Origin: Candidatus Zhuqueibacterota bacterium
Lineage (GTDB): Bacteria; Zhuqueibacterota; Zhuqueibacteria; Thermofontimicrobiales; Thermofontimicrobiaceae
Assembly: GCA_049322915.1 (NCBI GenBank)
Contig: JBMOPW010000016.1
Span: 135,971 to 199,970 of the forward strand
DNA: 64,000 nucleotides
Direction: 5' to 3'
In this document: in pieces, positions 1-9,373 of the stretch
Layout: each line of letters opens with the position of its first letter
How positions within the stretch are numbered: position 1 is the first letter of the stretch
The notes under the pieces: model-generated
Told to the model about the DNA's origin: nothing
Seen by the model: the letters and a program-made list of their open reading frames with translations, nothing else
Database searches by the model: none
Program-made: the position numbers and the translations under genes

Positions 1-910
1 CGCCGAGTCCGGCCGAAAAGCCTTCCTGCATTTCAGCTTCCTGGGCTGTGTTGTAACCGGCGCGGATGTACAGCATCTCTCTGAGCGATGTTTCAGCGCC
101 GACGATGAGCGCTTCGGATCGATCGTTCGTTTTGACAAATTCAACGCATTCGACGAGGTCAACGGCATCGCCGAATGGATCCCAATGATAACTCAGGGCA
201 AAACGAAACGTCATGGGCAACGGGTACGCTGTCGTTTTCAGGTTCACATCAACCGGTTCCACATTCCCGGCATCGGGATAGGCATTGTATTGGCCATACA
301 GACCAGAGCCGCCGAAACTCATTTCCGGTCCGAAGTTGGCCATGTTCATCGCCAGGGTTAAGCCATTCAGCCCAATGGTGTAAATCGTCCCCAGATCGAT
401 GGCAAATCCGCTGGCGTTCATGTCCCATATTGTCTCCCGAATCATATTCACTTTGATGCCAAAGGAAAACCGGTCGGTCATGTTGCGGGCATAGGTGATG
501 CCAAAGGCGAAATCCGAGACATTGAAAAAAGTGCCGGTGCCCTGCGGCTCTTCGACAGTCGTCACTTCCATCGCGTCCATGGTGAGCGCGGTGAGACTGA
601 CGCCGAAGCTGCCCCAGGAGTCGCTTTTGTACACGACTCCGACGAACGAATGATTGATGTCCGAAAACCAGTTGGCATAGGAGAACATCACCTCGCTTTG
701 AGGCATGCGGGCAATCCCGGCCGGATTCCAGTAGAGAGAGGATGCGTCATTGGCCAGCGCGGTGAAGGCGCCGCCCATTCCCTGTGCGCGCGCGCCCACG
801 CCGATTTTCAAAAATTGGGCGCCGGATGTGCCGCGCTTGGAGAACTGCGCCTTAGCCATGCCGGAAAAAATGACTGCAGCCATGATGGTAAAGATGAGTG
901 CTTTTTTCAT
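1..910 (-). CDS. PorV/PorQ-like (UPF0164) outer-membrane beta-barrel protein; 3' end runs off the window
   Basis: Not in the ORF track; hand translation from ATG 910 (RBS GGAGG at 921-925): MKKALIFTIMAAVIFSGMAKAQFSKRGTSGAQFLKIGVGARAQGMGGAFTALANDASSLYWNPAGIA..., the typical FLKIG.GAR..GMG.A...WNPAG N-terminus. Confidence 0.85.
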   Translation of the reverse strand, partial: MKKALIFTIMAAVIFSGMAKAQFSKRGTSGAQFLKIGVGARAQGMGGAFTALANDASSLYWNPAGIARMPQSEVMFSYANWFSDINHSFVGVVYKSDSWGSFGVSLTALTMDAMEVTTVEEPQGTGTFFNVSDFAFGITYARNMTDRFSFGIKVNMIRETIWDMNASGFAIDLGTIYTIGLNGLTLAMNMANFGPEMSFGGSGLYGQYNAYPDAGNVEPVDVNLKTTAYPLPMTFRFALSYHWDPFGDAVDLVECVEFVKTNDRSEALIVGAETSLREMLYIRAGYNTAQEAEMQEGFSAGLG

Positions 911-1085
911 ATTCAAAAATCCTCCATTCGAATCAGATGAACGTGGCGATGTGGCGCCTGGGGCCGAACCGTTCGGCGTTTGACTTCACTGAGCCAATGC
1001 CGCCGGCGCGAATGAATTCACTGTTACGAACACCGCTCGGATGTACGGCTCGGTTCAAATACGGCGCTGCATCGCTGGTTGCGTG

Positions 1086-3842
1086 TTATCGAATAATGGC
1101 AAATTTGCCAATGTATTCGCCCAGACTCGGGGCATCCACGTGGAAAATATAAACGCCTGAAACTACTTTCTGGTCATTATGAGTGAGCAAATCCCACCAT
1201 TCCCAGCCGGGTTTATCACTCTCCAAATGTTCGTTGTGCTCAATGGTCCGCACGTGATCGCCAGCCAGCGTGTAGACCCGGATGGTGCATACTTCCGGCA
1301 GATTGATGAACTGCAGGTTCGAGTAATCCTTGCTGCGCTCCCACGTATTGCGAACGATATAGGGATTGGGCACCACTTTCACATCCTTGAGCATGGCTGC
1401 ATCGGCAGAAATTTTCTCGGCAATGGTGGTAAAATTATACGTATCCGCCGGGGTGAGTGGCTTGGTCAACTCAAATTTGTACACATCGCCAATCTGCGGC
1501 CGGACTTCCGCGGAATCCGGGATTTGCACGACAAATTGCAGTGTGAAACCGGATTTCCATGAAAGGGTCGCTGTATCGAAATAGTCCTCTTTGACTTTGA
1601 TTTCATCTCCGTTTGTGAGCAAATTCCGCATTGCCGGAGTTGTGTCCAGAGGGCTGCTCGTGAAAATGAACGTGGCGTTTGCTTTGTACGAAGTATCCAG
1701 TTCAACCCGCCAGATTTCGAACGGCAGGACGAGATTGGCCGGATAAACCGTGGTATCGCCTGCGGCGGTGAAGCGCAGTTCATAATCGACCGGGAAAGGC
1801 TTGATCCCCGCAAAGTTGCTGAATGACCAATTCGTCGCCGGAGAGTTCAGCCAGCCGTTGCTTTTCAATGCGCCTTCGGTGACCTCATCGGTGATGCTGA
1901 GATAGACGCCGTTGACGTAGACCGATTCGCCGCTCAGCATGGTCGAACCGGAGAGTACTTCTTGCTGCGAATTCAGATCGAAAACAGAAAATGTTTTTTG
2001 CCCGTTGTTATTCTGAAACCGTACCTGGTACTCCGTGTCGATCACGTCTGAAGTTATCGGAGAGAGCGAAACCTGAGGCATGTCGCAACTCGCGTTTCCT
2101 GCCGTATGAGAAACCGGCAGCGTTGCCGGCCGCTCGTATCCAATTTTATAAAAACCGGGACGAACCGAACGCCTGTTTTTATTAAGGATCAAGCCGCATT
2201 CCAGGCTTCTCAGGCCCGCGGTGCCCTGATCATAGGTGGTAATTGCGTAGTGGTATTCCGCTCCGTTTATCACATCGGTGTCGGTGAACATGTGGACGAG
2301 CCCGGTGTCATCGCCGAGATATTTGTCATCCGGGTGATATTCATCGTAGCCGTCATCAGGATTGATGGGCGATCCGTCGCCGATGCCATCGATGAGGTCC
2401 CATTGCGCGATGAGTTGCCATTCGGTGGTAGGATCGGCCGGATTCCAGTTGCCCAATGCGCCGATGCCGGTTCGGCTTTTATACAACCGATACCCTTCAA
2501 AATCCTGTATGTTGGTGACCGGGTCCAGCGCGGTTTCGGCTTTATCGTCCCAGACAATCAGCACTTTGCCGTCGCCGGGAATCAATGTCATTTCCGGTTC
2601 CGGAGGCGGTGACGGACTGGTCCAGTTTTCATTATACATTTGCTGAGCTAAATCGCTCGCCGCCTGCAGGCTGGTTAAATCGCGGGCGCAGATGATGCCG
2701 ATGACAACGCGCGCCGTATCCCCGGGGTTCAGCGTGAATGGCCCGGTGGGCATGCAGAATCGCTTATCTTCAGGACTGGAGTCCAGATCAAAGGTGCCAT
2801 TGGCCGCCATCACATCGTAACGCTCCACATCCGTTCCCGGGTCGACATCGATGGTGAAAATGCGAAATGCGGTCAAGCCCAGTTGCTCGCCGGTTGTCGC
2901 GTCGATGGGACTTTCGAGAAATACATAACCGAGATAGCCGGCATTGGTGGACCAGCCCGCTTCCCGGCCATCATTGTCGTAACAATAGCCCAGATTGCGG
3001 CTTTCATCGAAGCCGACCATGTCATCGGACGAATCGCCAAGATCCGGATCGACGACGACGCTCAGATAGGTATCCTCCAGCGCCTGGTCTGAAACGTTTA
3101 TAATGTCATAGGTCAGAAATGCAAAATTCTGATTGAAAAAATAATTCCATGAATACCCCTGCTGGATGATGTGGACTCCCAGCACATCCGCGCCTGCATC
3201 GAATTTATAGGTCTGATCCGCATCGCTGAACCAGGCGTAGCTGTCCTGCACCGACACGGTGACCGGCTTGTAATCGTTGCCGGCTTCGGCCCAGGTCATC
3301 ACTGTGTCCGCATCGGCAGTGGCCGGATCGCCATCCGGATCCAGATGATAATAGCCCATCGGCCAGTCAGGCAGACTATTTTCTTCAATCAGAGACGGAT
3401 AGTCAGTGCTCAACAGGACGCGAACGCCTTCCGAATTGAATTCATAATTATGAGTTGGATCGTATTCAAATCCCGGGACCATTTCGCTGGTACCGCTATT
3501 GGGATTGTAACCCACGGAGACCAATTTGTTGCCTCCTTTGATGGCGCCAATCCAGACGCCGGCGCCAAAAATATAGGCCTGCCCGGATCCTTTGGGCCAC
3601 ACGCCGCCGGCCGTGCCGGTACTGGCTTCGTACCCATGAATACCATAGTTGGTCACCGGCAGGTAGATCAATCCCACATCGTGATACCTCAGATCGAACA
3701 TATTGTCCGGGTATGTCTGTTTTGAAAGCGAATTTTTGGAATTGACTTTTCCAATCCCGGCAGGTGAATACACGGCATCGAAAAGAAGTTGCGCTGCGCA
3801 GATGAACACGATGAGCAGCCACTTCTGAGGATTATGTTTCAT
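1086..3842 (-). CDS. Secreted 918-aa protein with T9SS-like C-terminal sorting domain
   Basis: Signal peptide; FN3-like segment (GDGKVLIVWD...FEGYRLYKS...YHYAITTYD); C-terminus VKVVPNPY...IRVYTLAG...WDL...SGVYIFHV...GKFAIIR. Confidence 0.8.
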   Translation of the reverse strand: MKHNPQKWLLIVFICAAQLLFDAVYSPAGIGKVNSKNSLSKQTYPDNMFDLRYHDVGLIYLPVTNYGIHGYEASTGTAGGVWPKGSGQAYIFGAGVWIGAIKGGNKLVSVGYNPNSGTSEMVPGFEYDPTHNYEFNSEGVRVLLSTDYPSLIEENSLPDWPMGYYHLDPDGDPATADADTVMTWAEAGNDYKPVTVSVQDSYAWFSDADQTYKFDAGADVLGVHIIQQGYSWNYFFNQNFAFLTYDIINVSDQALEDTYLSVVVDPDLGDSSDDMVGFDESRNLGYCYDNDGREAGWSTNAGYLGYVFLESPIDATTGEQLGLTAFRIFTIDVDPGTDVERYDVMAANGTFDLDSSPEDKRFCMPTGPFTLNPGDTARVVIGIICARDLTSLQAASDLAQQMYNENWTSPSPPPEPEMTLIPGDGKVLIVWDDKAETALDPVTNIQDFEGYRLYKSRTGIGALGNWNPADPTTEWQLIAQWDLIDGIGDGSPINPDDGYDEYHPDDKYLGDDTGLVHMFTDTDVINGAEYHYAITTYDQGTAGLRSLECGLILNKNRRSVRPGFYKIGYERPATLPVSHTAGNASCDMPQVSLSPITSDVIDTEYQVRFQNNNGQKTFSVFDLNSQQEVLSGSTMLSGESVYVNGVYLSITDEVTEGALKSNGWLNSPATNWSFSNFAGIKPFPVDYELRFTAAGDTTVYPANLVLPFEIWRVELDTSYKANATFIFTSSPLDTTPAMRNLLTNGDEIKVKEDYFDTATLSWKSGFTLQFVVQIPDSAEVRPQIGDVYKFELTKPLTPADTYNFTTIAEKISADAAMLKDVKVVPNPYIVRNTWERSKDYSNLQFINLPEVCTIRVYTLAGDHVRTIEHNEHLESDKPGWEWWDLLTHNDQKVVSGVYIFHVDAPSLGEYIGKFAIIR

Positions 3843-3961
3843 TCTTATGCCTCCTTAAAATAGTCGCGTACGATTCAATCGAAACGCGATGCATTGTCTG
3901 TGCGAACCAACCATCGCGCGGCCTGTGCCAGCGATGGCTGAATCAGGGACTTTCCATTCCA

Positions 3962-6900
3962 TTAAAAATAGACTTCGAAGCCAATCCAGAAGCGACGTCC
4001 TCGCATGAAATTCGTCTTCCGATCGTAATTGTCATTGATGTAGCGGAGATAGGCGTTGTAATATTCATCCGGGGTGACCAGGCCGTCCTGAGCGCCAACA
4101 GTGTCGCCAAAATCACCATCCCCGTTCAAATCGACCGGGTCGGATAGCTGAACCAGTCCTTTTTCATTGTAAGGCTGGGGGTTCCATTCGTTGATGCCCA
4201 TGTCCGCCGCAGCGCCGTATTCCGGGTCTTCGCCTTCAACAAAGGTGGTGGAACCGGGAGCGTACACCTTGCCGTCCCAGTAGGGACTTCCTGTGCGCGG
4301 ATAAACGCTGGTGGCGCGACGCTCATTGAACAGGTTTTCAATTTCGACGAAGAACGAATAATTGGCGCCCCAGAATTTGAAATCCTTGTTGAGTCGCGCA
4401 TCGGTTCGCATGTACCACGGTTGACGTGCGCCGTTGAATTCACCCACCTGATTTCCCCGGGCGTCCTGGCGGGTGTATGGCTTGCCGCTATGGTATCGCC
4501 ACAGCAAATTGGCGCCAAAATTTTCCAGCAGATTGATGCCGAGAATTTTGGGGCCGGCATTGTCCGCCAGCCGATAATCGAAAATGAGGCTGGCTGTATG
4601 CCGCTGATCAAAGTCCAGCCAGTAATCGACCTGGGGATACTCGCGCATCTCACCGGTGTAGGGATCCGGCGGCCCATTGGTCACCAACGAATAATGCTGG
4701 AATTGGGTTGAACTGGTACCCCGCGCCCAGGATAACGCGTAGTTGATGTCCAGACTGAAGTTCTGGCTGTAGCGTTTTTTCAGAGAGAATTCAAGGCCAT
4801 AGGCTTTGCCGTATTCGGAATTGGTCAGTACCGAATAATTTGCCGGAATGGCCGGCACGAAACGAATCCCTTCGATGTCATATAAATCCTTGTAATAGCC
4901 AGTCACATCCAGGCTGAAGTTTGTGGAAAGCTGATGGCCGACTCCAAACTCCCACGCTTTGGTCTTTTGCGCGCCCAGATTGGGATTGCCAATATTTTGA
5001 TTGCCCCGGCGCAACAGGCGCGTGGGCATCACCACAAAATCGTACAGGCTATTGAAGCGCGGCTGTTCAAAGAACCAGCCGTAGTTGAAATGCATCACCG
5101 TGGCATTGGAAATGGGGTGGGAGATTCCCAATCGCGGACTCACCTGCCATTTCACTTCAGCATCGTTCCACACGGCTTCGTCGCCGGTGTCCAGAGTATT
5201 CTCCCGAACCTGCGCATCCGGATCCACATAGTCAACACGCAGTCCGGCATTGATGACCACTCCCTGCCATTCCATTTTATCCAGAACATAGGCCGCTCCG
5301 GTTTTGGGATGATAGGTATAAATGTCGATGAAGGGCACGGCGTCGTAGGGCAGGGAATTGTAGTCCTTTTTCATGGAGTTGAGGAAAAATTCCGCTCCCA
5401 TTTTGAGCTGATGATTCATCGTAACCTGGCTGACCAGATCGATTTTCGTGGCAAAATATTCACTCTCGTATTTCCGGATGCCCCAGCGGGTGTCGCCTCC
5501 GCCGCGGAATACATTGGCCAGACCGTAAGGATTATCCCAGGGATAACGCGGCGTGTTGGAATAACCGAATTGCCGATACGAAAATTGATCCCATAATCCA
5601 TCGCCATCGCTGTCCCGATTATCAATGGGCACGAATTCGTAATCTTCCCACCAATTTTCGAATAGCGAAAGGAACCTGTCATCCATGTCGCGGGGACTGC
5701 GTTTGGCCTGGTTATCGTAATTGCTGAAATAGGTCATGTTGAGCGTGTAAAAAGTCTTGGAGCTGAGTGTGTGCGTCCAGTTGAGTTTGTACTGCTCGCT
5801 TTTCTGCATCCGGGAATTGAAATGGTCCAGCATTTCGGTGCTGGGATTGTAGGACCAGCCCAGGGCGTCGTATCCTTCCTCCTGGGTTGAATAGCGCCAG
5901 TCCCAATCGTAGTTGTCATATTGATCCCGCGCTTTGAATCCGCCCAGCATCAGTTTCATATCTGTATTGAAATTGTAGGTCAGTTTGAACTGCGCGCTGT
6001 ATTGCTGTTCCTGGTTGTGGGGATACCAGCCCAGATTGTTCCCGGCCGGATCGAGCACGGTGTACCCCGGTCCATTATTGTACACAATATTATTGATGGC
6101 ATTTTTATAAGCATCAGTGCCATCTTTCGGATAATAGACCTCGTCGTACATGCCGCGACAATCTGTTGTGAATAACCTCGCTGAGACGTAGAACTTCATT
6201 TTTTCGATGACCGGAACCGGGCCGCCGAAGCTCAATTCATACGTATTGTCGTTGGCCGAAAATGTGCTTTCGCCGAAGGGCTCGTCGGTGGTGTATCGTA
6301 ACTGACCCGAATATTTTGCGCCTCCTTCTTTCGTCACTAAATTGACAATGCCGGACATGGCCTGGCCGAACTCCGCGCTGAAACCGCCTGTCAACAGCAC
6401 GATTTCATCGATGGCGTTCCGGTTAATGGTCGCGCCGACAATCCCCTGGAGCGGGTCGCGCACCGTCATCCCGTCGACCATGTAATTGAGTTCGGTGCTG
6501 CGGCCGCCGCGGATATGGTCGTCGACCACGCCGGCCTGCAAGCTGATGGCATCCTCAAAACTATCGATTTTGGGCATGAGCGACACCTTGTCCCCGGTGA
6601 TTTCCCGATTCGATGAGGTCGCATCTCTGCGCACCATCGGTCGCTCCGCTGTAATCGTGACAGTTTCTCCCAGTTCCATGACCTCGCTGCGCAGCTCGAA
6701 ATTGACCGTGGTTGTCATATCCTGAACCGACTGCACATCAATATTTTCAATATCTTTGTAACCCAGATACCTGGCGATTACCGTGTATTTTCCGACCGGT
6801 ATGTTCAGGATGAAATACTCGCCATTGGCATTGGTCGCTGCCCCCATGCTCGTCCCTTTGATCAGCACGCTGGCGCCGGGTAGCGGTTCTCCTGTATCTT

Positions 6901-6997
6901 TGTCAATCACCCGGCCGGCAATTTTCCCGGTCACGCCGGCGAAGAGCAGCGCTGGAATCATCAGGACAAAGCAAACAAAAAGTCCTTGTTTTTTCAT
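3962..6997 (-). CDS. TonB-dependent receptor with N-terminal carboxypeptidase-regulatory-like domain
   Basis: GKIAGRVIDKDTGEPLPGASV; plug motif HIRGGRSTELNYMVDG...GGFSAEFGQAMSGIVN; SPRLG; GNPNL; C-terminal Phe (GFEVYF). Confidence 0.92.
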   Translation of the reverse strand: MKKQGLFVCFVLMIPALLFAGVTGKIAGRVIDKDTGEPLPGASVLIKGTSMGAATNANGEYFILNIPVGKYTVIARYLGYKDIENIDVQSVQDMTTTVNFELRSEVMELGETVTITAERPMVRRDATSSNREITGDKVSLMPKIDSFEDAISLQAGVVDDHIRGGRSTELNYMVDGMTVRDPLQGIVGATINRNAIDEIVLLTGGFSAEFGQAMSGIVNLVTKEGGAKYSGQLRYTTDEPFGESTFSANDNTYELSFGGPVPVIEKMKFYVSARLFTTDCRGMYDEVYYPKDGTDAYKNAINNIVYNNGPGYTVLDPAGNNLGWYPHNQEQQYSAQFKLTYNFNTDMKLMLGGFKARDQYDNYDWDWRYSTQEEGYDALGWSYNPSTEMLDHFNSRMQKSEQYKLNWTHTLSSKTFYTLNMTYFSNYDNQAKRSPRDMDDRFLSLFENWWEDYEFVPIDNRDSDGDGLWDQFSYRQFGYSNTPRYPWDNPYGLANVFRGGGDTRWGIRKYESEYFATKIDLVSQVTMNHQLKMGAEFFLNSMKKDYNSLPYDAVPFIDIYTYHPKTGAAYVLDKMEWQGVVINAGLRVDYVDPDAQVRENTLDTGDEAVWNDAEVKWQVSPRLGISHPISNATVMHFNYGWFFEQPRFNSLYDFVVMPTRLLRRGNQNIGNPNLGAQKTKAWEFGVGHQLSTNFSLDVTGYYKDLYDIEGIRFVPAIPANYSVLTNSEYGKAYGLEFSLKKRYSQNFSLDINYALSWARGTSSTQFQHYSLVTNGPPDPYTGEMREYPQVDYWLDFDQRHTASLIFDYRLADNAGPKILGINLLENFGANLLWRYHSGKPYTRQDARGNQVGEFNGARQPWYMRTDARLNKDFKFWGANYSFFVEIENLFNERRATSVYPRTGSPYWDGKVYAPGSTTFVEGEDPEYGAAADMGINEWNPQPYNEKGLVQLSDPVDLNGDGDFGDTVGAQDGLVTPDEYYNAYLRYINDNYDRKTNFMRGRRFWIGFEVYF

Positions 6998-7651
6998 GGT
7001 GTTACTTCCTCCTCAAGTTAATGATAAATTGAAAGACCCACTCGATTTAAAATAACAGCCGATTCAATCAACCTGGCTGCACCTGAATTTTCATCCGGCA
7101 CCTCCTTCCTTTGGACTAAATCCTGAATTGGCAGAATCCATTTATGCCTGAGCGCAATGTGCAGAACTGATGGCCATGCGTCTGCTGTGCGGCTGGCGCG
7201 CCAAATCATTCGGTTTGTCACCCATCATCGCGGGCATTGTTACTATTCAGGCATGTGTTCTTGCCTCAAAGGCTCCAAGTCACGAAGCTACCGAAGATGC
7301 CAACTGATCGTTCGGGATATTTATCTCGAACCTCCCGGCCGTTGCCTGCGCTGGAACCATATCCAGCGCGATCAGAAAAACCAAATTCGGTTTTCAAAAT
7401 CGACTATTTTAGATAGATCTTTTTCTTTGTGCCCTGGAGATTTTGCAGCTGAATAGTAAATAGAAAATAACAGAAATTACTTGTTTTTCAATACCCTGAA
7501 AGGGGCATTTCCATGGATAAATCGGAAGAAATTGGAAGGGGTTAGCGATTCGTATGACCCATTTGGGGGATAAGGAAAAGGAAAAAATGAGGAACAGCCG
7601 GGCCTGTGGAAAGGGAGCCCGGCTTCGGCCAATTTCCATCACCGGGTCGGA

Positions 7652-8485
7652 CTACTTCGGTTCGGTCGGTCGGAGATTCTGTTCTTCCAAAAGCTGATCC
7701 AGATGGTCGATGAGAGCGTCCAGGGCCGGGAGTATTTTCGAGTCCGTCGAATTGAGCCGGGCGATGATGTTATTCACATCCAACTCAAAATTGACGGGCT
7801 TGAGGTGACATTCGTCGGCGATAATTTTCACCAATCTCTTTTCACCGGGATGAAGCATCGAATTCACGGCGAAAAGGATGTCGAAGTAGCTCTGGAAAAA
7901 AGCAGCCGATCGGTGATTCACGCTGATGAGATCGATGCGACGAATGGCCTTTTCAATCTGGTGGTAATAGGAGCACATGCTGTCCCGCAGCAGTGGGTAA
8001 TTTTTCCGGATGATATTCCGCTTCAATGCCTGAGGATAGGGGATGCTGACTTTTTTCTGCAACGCTGCCAGTGCGCCGTTTCTATCGAACAATATTCGGG
8101 AATTCAGCACATTGAACCAGATGCAGGTTGTGTAACCGAGGCTTGCCTGATGCTGAAAAACGACGCGTTCCATTTCACCGCGAATCCAGTTCAAATTGCG
8201 ATACATGATATCAACAGCCGTATTCGTATCCCGCAGGTAGCCTTCGTCGCCGGTCTCCCAGTACTGGTTGTTGTATTCCATGTGATCGGAAAAATTGCGG
8301 AGTAGTGATTTTCTCTTCTCCAGCGGCAACATGGTTTCGCCGTAGATGTACAAATCAATATCAGAATTTTTATCGGCGAACTGTATCGCGCGTGAGCCGG
8401 CGAGCAGCACGGCCCCGACTTCTTCGTGCGCTGCGAATTGCGAAGTCAGTTGCAATAAGATTTCATCGACTGCGGCCATCGACAT
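7652..8485 (-). CDS. Nucleotidyltransferase-fold protein (DUF4037-like)
   Basis: LAGSRA...DKNSDIDLYIY (GS/DxD motif); C-terminal FAVN...HPGEKRL. Confidence 0.75.
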   Translation of the reverse strand: MSMAAVDEILLQLTSQFAAHEEVGAVLLAGSRAIQFADKNSDIDLYIYGETMLPLEKRKSLLRNFSDHMEYNNQYWETGDEGYLRDTNTAVDIMYRNLNWIRGEMERVVFQHQASLGYTTCIWFNVLNSRILFDRNGALAALQKKVSIPYPQALKRNIIRKNYPLLRDSMCSYYHQIEKAIRRIDLISVNHRSAAFFQSYFDILFAVNSMLHPGEKRLVKIIADECHLKPVNFELDVNNIIARLNSTDSKILPALDALIDHLDQLLEEQNLRPTEPK

Positions 8486-8533
8486 TCTCCTTTTTTCTTA
8501 GCCTGCATTATTCATAGTAGTTTTAAAGGAGGC

Positions 8534-8669
8534 CGGCTAACCTGAATGGTGCTCTTTTTAGAATAAACGTATAAAAACTGAGTTTCAAAATAGCTTAGCC
8601 TTTAGCTAGTTGAAAATCTGAATGTTGACTCAAATTCTGAGCAAGTTCATGAATAATTCAGGTTAGCTG
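8534..8669. repeat. 136-bp MITE-like element with perfect 12-bp terminal inverted repeats
   Basis: GCTAACCTGAAT (8536-8547) / ATTCAGGTTAGC (8656-8667); AT-rich non-coding interior. Confidence 0.5.
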
Positions 8670-8674
8670 AATAA

Positions 8675-8902
8675 TTACTCGCCTGACAGGTCATCACAGA
8701 TGGTTTCAATTTCATCGCGATAGCTTTCCGGCGCCTCTAAATGGCCCCAGCCTTTCTGCAGTTGAAACAGCCCATCGTAGGCCAAATCGTGATAGGATTT
8801 TATCACGTGAGGGATGTTTCGTTCTTTCAGAATCGCTTCCAGAAGGCGGGCCTCGACCTCATTGTCAAAATAGATGATTATTTCAAATCGTTCGTTTTCC
8901 AT
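8675..8902 (-). CDS. Small putative signal-transducing protein (DUF2007-like)
   Basis: NEVEARLLEAILKERNIPHVIKSYHDLAYDG...GWG pattern; RBS AAGGA. Confidence 0.7.
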   Translation of the reverse strand: MENERFEIIIYFDNEVEARLLEAILKERNIPHVIKSYHDLAYDGLFQLQKGWGHLEAPESYRDEIETICDDLSGE

Positions 8903-9046
8903 GGCATTGTCCTTTTCCTTTTCATAGTGAAAATGTTTTCATTACATGGGGCTCTTACCTGAATTCGAATCTGTCCGTAAGCTGCTATTATTGACCTCAC
9001 CCCAACCCTCTCCGAAAAGACTTACCCTTACCCATATCTTTTCTAG

Positions 9047-9255
9047 CGCAGAGGTCGCAGAGACCGCAGAGGTACGCAGCGTTTTGGTATTGAAAAAACG
9101 CTGTTTGCAAACTTATGAACCCAGGTATTTCCCTGGTCATTTGGGTCTTCTGTGACTATGGGTGAACATGATTTTCATTGTTTGATTGAAAACTTTACAA
9201 TCATTCAGGCCAATTCAAATCTGGTCTTTTCTCTGCGCCCTTCGCGACCTCTGCG
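9047..9255. repeat. Imperfect inverted-repeat pair built from CGCAGAG units
   Basis: CGCAGAGGTCGCAGAGACCGCAGAG (9047-9071) vs CTCTGCGCCCTTCGCGACCTCTGCG (9231-9255). Confidence 0.6.
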
Positions 9256-9373
9256 TTTCATTTGATTTGTTAACCTTACTACGTCACATAGATTTTTTAT
9301 CGTTGTATATTGTATTTTTGATAGATGAAAAACTCAACATATTGTGATAAATTTACTAAATGACGTTGCAGGA

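Noticed and set aside
7000..7650. Cobalamin or TPP riboswitch upstream of the TBDR
   Set aside because: Hallmark conserved boxes were not found by eye; only generic hairpins.
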